Below are positions 28,927 to 32,980 of a stretch of 32,980 nucleotides of DNA, piece after piece. The stretch is taken from IMG/VR virus record IMGVR_UViG_3300005298_000008, positions 1-32,980 of that record; one strand, given 5' to 3'. The stretch is from a virus. Lineage: Duplodnaviria; Caudoviricetes. Position 1 is the first letter of the stretch. Each line of letters begins with the position of its first letter. The position numbers were made by a program, and so were the translations under genes. The notes beneath the pieces are model-generated. The model ran no database searches. It was not told where the DNA came from and was given only the letters and a program-made list of their open reading frames with translations.

Positions 28927-29224
28927 TTTGTTCCACCTCGATGAAGATTGGAGCGGCAATACACATCAAAACCAACGCAGTCCTTTCTTCCCCAGAAGGC
29001 AAGTTAACCGCCTTAAAATAGGGAGAAACGGCAAGCTCTATCCCTGACCCTAAAAGCATCCCTCGAGCTAAAGCTACACCCTTCATTGCAGTATAAAGCG
29101 CCGGCATTCCTACAACCACAATCTGTAAAGTCTCCTTATTCTTAATTGCTGATACTATAGCGTTACATAACTTTTTTACGTCAGTATCCCTTTTGACACG
29201 AAACTCCGTTATCTTTACCACCAT
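28916..29224 (-). CDS. spoVS: SpoVS family protein (Alba-like fold)
   Basis: Full-length match by eye: 'VGMPALYTAMKGVALARG..GSGIELAVSPYF...GEERTAL' vs canonical 'IGAGALNQAVKAVAIARG..PSGVDLICIPAF...GEERTAI'. Confidence 0.85.
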   Translation of the reverse strand: MVVKITEFRVKRDTDVKKLCNAIVSAIKNKETLQIVVVGMPALYTAMKGVALARGMLLGSGIELAVSPYFKAVNLPSGEERTALVLMCIAAPIFIEVEQNAV

Positions 29225-29849
29225 CACACCCCCTCTTACTTAAAAGCTTTTCGGCTATTTTATCAATCTTATCTTGAAACTTCAATAACCGACTCATCTC
29301 TTGATCTCGCAAACTCAACTTAAGAAGTTTTTTATTCAGCTGATCGTTGACTAAAACCTTAAGGCTTTTTCTGGAAAACATAACAAAACTTGCTTCTACA
29401 CTAACAACTCGACTATCTTTCGCCCTCTCATAACTCTCCACAATAGCCTTCTCCAAAACTTGACCGTTAACGTCCAAAGCAAAGAAATCTCCCACCTTTT
29501 TACTGGGCACTCTACTTTTAAGCACATAAACCAAATAAACCCCAACAGCTACCTCAACCTCTTTACCATGCCAAGCAAAGGGATGCTCCAAAAGCTTACT
29601 CCACAAATAATCATTCTGCGCCTGAAACTGAGAATAAGCTAAAACCACCCCTTGAGTATAATCAAGCTTCCTAAACTCATGATCAGGAAACTGAAAACCA
29701 TCAAAAATTTCATTAGGGAGTAAAAACAATGTATCCGTCCCATACTCAACGATATAAAACTCCGGTCTCTCCTCAATAAATATCCTATCTCTTGGAGATA
29801 GAGGAATTGTTTTTGTCAACCCCGAAAACGCCCTCCTTAGGATACCCAA
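29181..29849 (-). CDS. Hypothetical protein (start uncertain)
   Basis: Long ORF filling the operon gap and overlapping both neighbours. Confidence 0.6.
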   Translation of the reverse strand: MGILRRAFSGLTKTIPLSPRDRIFIEERPEFYIVEYGTDTLFLLPNEIFDGFQFPDHEFRKLDYTQGVVLAYSQFQAQNDYLWSKLLEHPFAWHGKEVEVAVGVYLVYVLKSRVPSKKVGDFFALDVNGQVLEKAIVESYERAKDSRVVSVEASFVMFSRKSLKVLVNDQLNKKLLKLSLRDQEMSRLLKFQDKIDKIAEKLLSKRGCDGGKDNGVSCQKGY

Positions 29850-30033
29850 AACTCCTTATAAAATCATCATAAATAGGAACCAAAACACCTCCCTCCTGCA
29901 TAAAAATAAGGTCCCCCACATACTCAAACACGCCATCTAAAACACTAGAACGTGTCAAGCCAGTAAGATCCGCCAAAAACTCAATCAACTTCAAAGTCTT
30001 AGCCGACAAAGAAAAAGAAATTACCTTCTTCAT
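29785..30033 (-). CDS. Ribbon-helix-helix (CopG-like) DNA-binding protein
   Basis: 'KVISFSLSAKTLKLIEFLADLTGLTRSSVL' beta-alpha-G-alpha pattern; ATGA overlap with the sigma stop codon. Confidence 0.7.
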   Translation of the reverse strand: MKKVISFSLSAKTLKLIEFLADLTGLTRSSVLDGVFEYVGDLIFMQEGGVLVPIYDDFIRSFGYPKEGVFGVDKNNSSISKR

Positions 30034-30512
30034 TTTACCCCTCCTTCTTGTAACTTTTTTAACGCTTTCCTATATATCTGATAAGCCCTAGCAGAAGAAA
30101 TATGCAAATTTTCGCCAATCTCCCTAAAACTCCGTCCCTCAAAATTCCTTAACATAACAACAACCTTCTCCCGATCATTCAAAACCTTTAAACTAGACAA
30201 TAAATCCACTTTCTCATCTACCTCCTCCTCATTAAAACCATCATCCATCAAACCATCCAAACTACAAACATCACCACAACTACCCAACCGCCGCTTCAAA
30301 AAGTTTAAAAACGCACCCCTAATCCTGCCATAAAAATAGGTAGAAAAAGAAGCCCGACCATCAAACTTCTCAATACACGACCATAACACCAAAGCCAGCT
30401 CCTGCAACAAGTCCTCCTTATCTTCCCTACTTAACTTCGCCCCACTGCCGGCAAAATTCACTAGCCCCTTCAACAATAAATAATACTCTTCAAATACCTT
30501 CTCCTTATCCAT
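30030..30512 (-). CDS. Sigma-70 family RNA polymerase sigma factor, FliA/sigma28-like regions 2 and 4 only (160 aa)
   Basis: 'EDLLQE..L.LW.CIEKFD', 'FSTYFYGRIRGAFLNFLK', 'LNDREKVVVMLR', 'SFREIGENLHISSARAYQI..KALKKL'. Confidence 0.9.
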   Translation of the reverse strand: MDKEKVFEEYYLLLKGLVNFAGSGAKLSREDKEDLLQELALVLWSCIEKFDGRASFSTYFYGRIRGAFLNFLKRRLGSCGDVCSLDGLMDDGFNEEEVDEKVDLLSSLKVLNDREKVVVMLRNFEGRSFREIGENLHISSARAYQIYRKALKKLQEGGVK

Positions 30513-30521
30513 CCTTCCCTA

Positions 30522-30550
30522 ATTATAAAAAACTTTAACTTAACTGTCAA
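30522..30550 (-). promoter_or_regulatory. Perfect sigma70 consensus promoter for the sigma operon
   Basis: TTGACA (30550-30545), 17 nt, TATAAT (30527-30522). Confidence 0.9.
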
Positions 30551-30557
30551 GATCTAA

Positions 30558-31100
30558 TTAAACAAACCACGAACGAAAAATCGAAAATATTTTAGACAAT
30601 AAGTCCTCCTTGCCCGCAAACTTCTCCACGCCTTGTAAGAAAAGCTGTTTTTCATCCGCACGCCTTCTCACCAAGCCACGCAAAACAACCTTCCTTCCCT
30701 CTTTCGGAGAATAAGCATAAACCCACTTATCAAACTCATTAGCAGCCTCTTTTAACCTGCCCTGATTAATCAACCTCCTCATCGTTGAACCACGAAACGC
30801 CCCCAAACCAACATTAAAACAAAAACTAACCAACGCCGCTAAACACTCAGAAGGCAACTCAACCTCTAACAAAGAAAGCACACCATCCAAAACACGCTCC
30901 AAATCCTTCTCCAAAATTTCCTCCGCCTGCTGCTTAGTAATACCACCCTTCATCCACTCATCCTTACTAGTAATCACATGCCCATAACCAATAGTCAAAA
31001 CCCCAGCAGGACAACGATAAGGAACTAAAGAAAGCCCCTCCCACCGCCTAACCATCGGCTTAGCTAAAGAAATAACTAAACTACGATCCACCAATCCCAT
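30558..31100 (-). CDS. GH24 phage lysozyme (endolysin)
   Basis: 'WEGLSLVPYRCPAGVLTIGYGH', 'ALVSFCFNVG', 'GLVRRRADE..LF'. Confidence 0.95.
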   Translation of the reverse strand: MGLVDRSLVISLAKPMVRRWEGLSLVPYRCPAGVLTIGYGHVITSKDEWMKGGITKQQAEEILEKDLERVLDGVLSLLEVELPSECLAALVSFCFNVGLGAFRGSTMRRLINQGRLKEAANEFDKWVYAYSPKEGRKVVLRGLVRRRADEKQLFLQGVEKFAGKEDLLSKIFSIFRSWFV

Positions 31101-31109
31101 TCCCTCCCC

Positions 31110-31142
31110 TTAATATTATCACAAAACTTCTCCTAATTATTA
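31110..31142 (-). promoter_or_regulatory. Putative late promoter, copy 2 (TAAT-N15-TGTGATAATATTAA)
   Basis: Identical 17-mer to 24032-24048, abutting the GGGGAGGG RBS of the lysozyme. Confidence 0.7.
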
Positions 31143-31151
31143 AACATCCTC

Positions 31152-31180
31152 TTGAATTTTAACAAAACTTCTATTATAAT
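31152..31180 (+). promoter_or_regulatory. Sigma70 promoter for dUTPase
   Basis: TTGAAT (31152-31157), 17 nt, TATAAT (31175-31180); AAGGAGG RBS downstream. Confidence 0.8.
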
Positions 31181-31213
31181 AAGTCCAAAAAACAAAAGAA
31201 AGGAGGACCCAGC

Positions 31214-31648
31214 ATGATTACCATCAAAATAAAAAGAGAAGATAAAACCATTCCCTTACCTTCCTACGCTACCCCGGGATCAGCAGGATTAGACCTAAGA
31301 TCCATAGAAGATACAACAATCAACCCAGGAGAATGGAAAGCTATCTCTACCGGACTAAAAATAGAACTACCCCAAAACTACGAAGCCCAAATCCGCCCAA
31401 GAAGCGGTCTCGCCCTAAACTACGGCATAACCGTCCTAAATACACCAGGAACCATCGACGCCGACTACCGAGGAGAAATCAAAGTTATACTAATCAACCA
31501 CGGAAAAACTCCCTTCCACATCAAAAAAGGAGATAGAATAGCCCAACTCGTTATAACAGAAATAGCTAAACCAATAATCATAGAAACAGAAACACTACAA
31601 GACACCACAAGAGGAACCAACGGCTTCGGCCACACCGGAATTGAATAA
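31214..31648 (+). CDS. dut: Trimeric dUTPase
   Basis: All five motifs: 'AGLDL', 'RPRSGLA', '[11 protein letters not shown]', 'GDRIAQL', '[10 protein letters not shown]'. Confidence 0.97.
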   Translation: MITIKIKREDKTIPLPSYATPGSAGLDLRSIEDTTINPGEWKAISTGLKIELPQNYEAQIRPRSGLALNYGITVLNTPGTIDADYRGEIKVILINHGKTPFHIKKGDRIAQLVITEIAKPIIIETETLQDTTRGTNGFGHTGIE

Positions 31649-32016
31649 AAGTTAACGAATAGTTTTACTCAACCAAAAGAGAAAACTTCTATCCGGCAAG
31701 TTAAGAAACAATTTTACTCAACCAAAATTGTTAATAAACAAGCATTGAGAATACTAAGGAAACTTCTTCCTCTTCTCAGAAAGTTAAGAAACAATTTTAC
31801 TCAACCAAAATCGTTAATAAACAAGCGTTGAGAATACTAAGAAAACTTCTTCCTCTTCTCGGGAAGTTAAGAAACAATTTTACTCAACCAAAATCGTTAA
31901 TAAACAAGCATTGAGAATACTAAGAAAACTTCTTCCTCTTCTCGGGAAGTTAAGAAACAATTTTACTCAACCAAAATTGTTAATAAACAAGCATTGAAAA
32001 TGTAAAGAAAACTTCT
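31649..32016. repeat. Non-coding 83-bp tandem repeat array (3 full copies, one 3'-partial, one internally deleted leading copy)
   Basis: aagttaagaaacaattttactcaaccaaaa starts at 31698, 31781, 31864, 31947; degenerate copy at 31649. Confidence 0.95.
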
Positions 32017-32164
32017 ACTTATTAACTTGAAAATTGGGTGTAGAAAGAGAAACGGCTTTATAGCCAAGCCTCGCCGCTTGAGGGCATGCCCATACCCTAT
32101 TTTTCGCTCAATTCTTAACAATCTTAAATTTTCTGAATATTAGCATCAATTTTACAAAAAACAA

Positions 32165-32202
32165 AAAATTGAGGAGCGACAAAATCGTCGCCCCTCAATT
32201 TT
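32165..32202 (-). terminator. Rho-independent terminator (possibly bidirectional)
   Basis: 16-bp stem with one G-U pair on the minus strand, followed by a U-run; 10 nt after the stop codon at 32212. Confidence 0.85.
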
Positions 32203-32211
32203 CGGTTTTGT

Positions 32212-32760
32212 TTAGATTATTTCTTTCAATCTTTCCAAGATGTAATTTTTTATAAATGGTTCTAATTGTCTATGCACTTCACCTATAGCCATATCCCATA
32301 CATAATCCTGTATAAAAGTATCTCGCATTTCTTTAAAAGAGCTAAAATTATTCTCCTTGTTTAAAAAATAATTTTTCCATACATCTTCAGCTATATAAGC
32401 GATATCTTTTTCTGTAATTAGACAAATAATTCTATCTTTTATACCACGATTTTTGAGAATTGATTCAATTGGGTCCTCTTGATCATCGATAATAGAGGTC
32501 CAGTCCCAGCTTTCTAATACCATTGTCATTAATGTATCACTAATCATGGGATGAAAAGATAGATAATCAAAAATATCATACATAAGTTGGTCTAACAAAT
32601 CAGAAAATTTTGAATAATTCAAATTTTCACTCTTAAGCATATCGACTAATCGTTTATAATTTTCGAGCTTTTCTGAAAAATTAAAGAAAAGTTCATCTAA
32701 TTCTTTCTTCAACTCTTCCTCGGTAAAAACCACCACGAGTTCCTCACAGCTTTCTCTCAT
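32212..32760 (-). CDS. Hypothetical acidic protein, stand-alone transcription unit
   Basis: Probable ATG 32760 (MRESCEEL) after a G-rich RBS; own promoter and terminator. Confidence 0.7.
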   Translation of the reverse strand: MRESCEELVVVFTEEELKKELDELFFNFSEKLENYKRLVDMLKSENLNYSKFSDLLDQLMYDIFDYLSFHPMISDTLMTMVLESWDWTSIIDDQEDPIESILKNRGIKDRIICLITEKDIAYIAEDVWKNYFLNKENNFSSFKEMRDTFIQDYVWDMAIGEVHRQLEPFIKNYILERLKEII

Positions 32761-32810
32761 ATCAATCAACCCCCCTCTTATTAATCTTTCAATGTTCAAT
32801 CTTCAATCTT

Positions 32811-32839
32811 ATAATAGCAAGCTAATCTTATTTTGTCAA
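32811..32839 (-). promoter_or_regulatory. Strong sigma70 promoter with extended -10
   Basis: TTGACA (32839-32834), 17 nt ending TGC, TATTAT (32816-32811). Confidence 0.8.
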
Positions 32840-32846
32840 TAGGCCA

Positions 32847-32874
32847 ATCAAAAAATTTTTAAAAATTTTTTGAT
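32847..32874. repeat. Perfect 28-bp palindrome
   Basis: ATCAAAAAATTTTT|AAAAATTTTTTGAT. Confidence 0.9.
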
Positions 32875-32980
32875 GGAAAATTTTTCGTTGATAACCCAAG
32901 AAAAATTTAAAGCTATCTTTAGCAAGTGAAAATGTTAAATTAACAAAAACAAAGATAGCTTAATTTTCTCGAGAATAATC

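Noticed and set aside
3049-29642. Short plus-strand and alternate-frame ORFs in the track (e.g. 3049-3363, 3823-4212, 16803-17063, 24199-24486, 28216-28398)
   Set aside because: Shadows of longer genes that have RBSs and recognisable products; no motifs of their own
31333-31536. Arg/Pro-rich ORF inside dUTPase
   Set aside because: By-product of T-poor codon usage, which removes stop codons in the alternate frame
31649-32016. CRISPR array
   Set aside because: Whole 83-bp units are near-identical, so there are no unique spacers, and no cas genes are in the window
32029-32105. tRNA gene or attachment site
   Set aside because: No TTC(G/A)A T-loop or canonical acceptor stem; no integrase in the window
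1-32980. Stop-codon reassignment
   Set aside because: Genes tile densely and intact under the standard bacterial code, with TAA, TAG and TGA all used as stops

Overview
About 33 kb of a tailed dsDNA phage (podovirus-type) genome, almost entirely on the minus strand. Read right to left it contains: GH24 endolysin; a regulatory operon (160-aa FliA/sigma28-like sigma factor, ribbon-helix-helix protein, SpoVS homolog, small HExxH M50-like membrane protein, Holliday-junction resolvase); large terminase, portal, scaffold and N4-gp56-family major capsid; tail adaptor and nozzle; two tail fibres with chaperones, a glycosyltransferase and a holin-like protein; and 12.4 kb of probable DNA-ejection proteins ending in a 2055-aa protein. 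A divergent dUTPase is followed by a non-coding block of 83-bp tandem repeats and a GC-rich structured element. No integrase, DNA polymerase, RT, tRNA or true CRISPR array is visible. The best candidate for a new system is a phage transcription cascade. A perfect sigma70 promoter drives the mini-sigma28/SpoVS/S2P-like operon. An identical 17-bp motif with sigma28-like geometry (TAAW-N15-TGTGATAA) precedes both the lysin and the scaffold-capsid operon. All family assignments come from motif recognition by eye; no database search was run.
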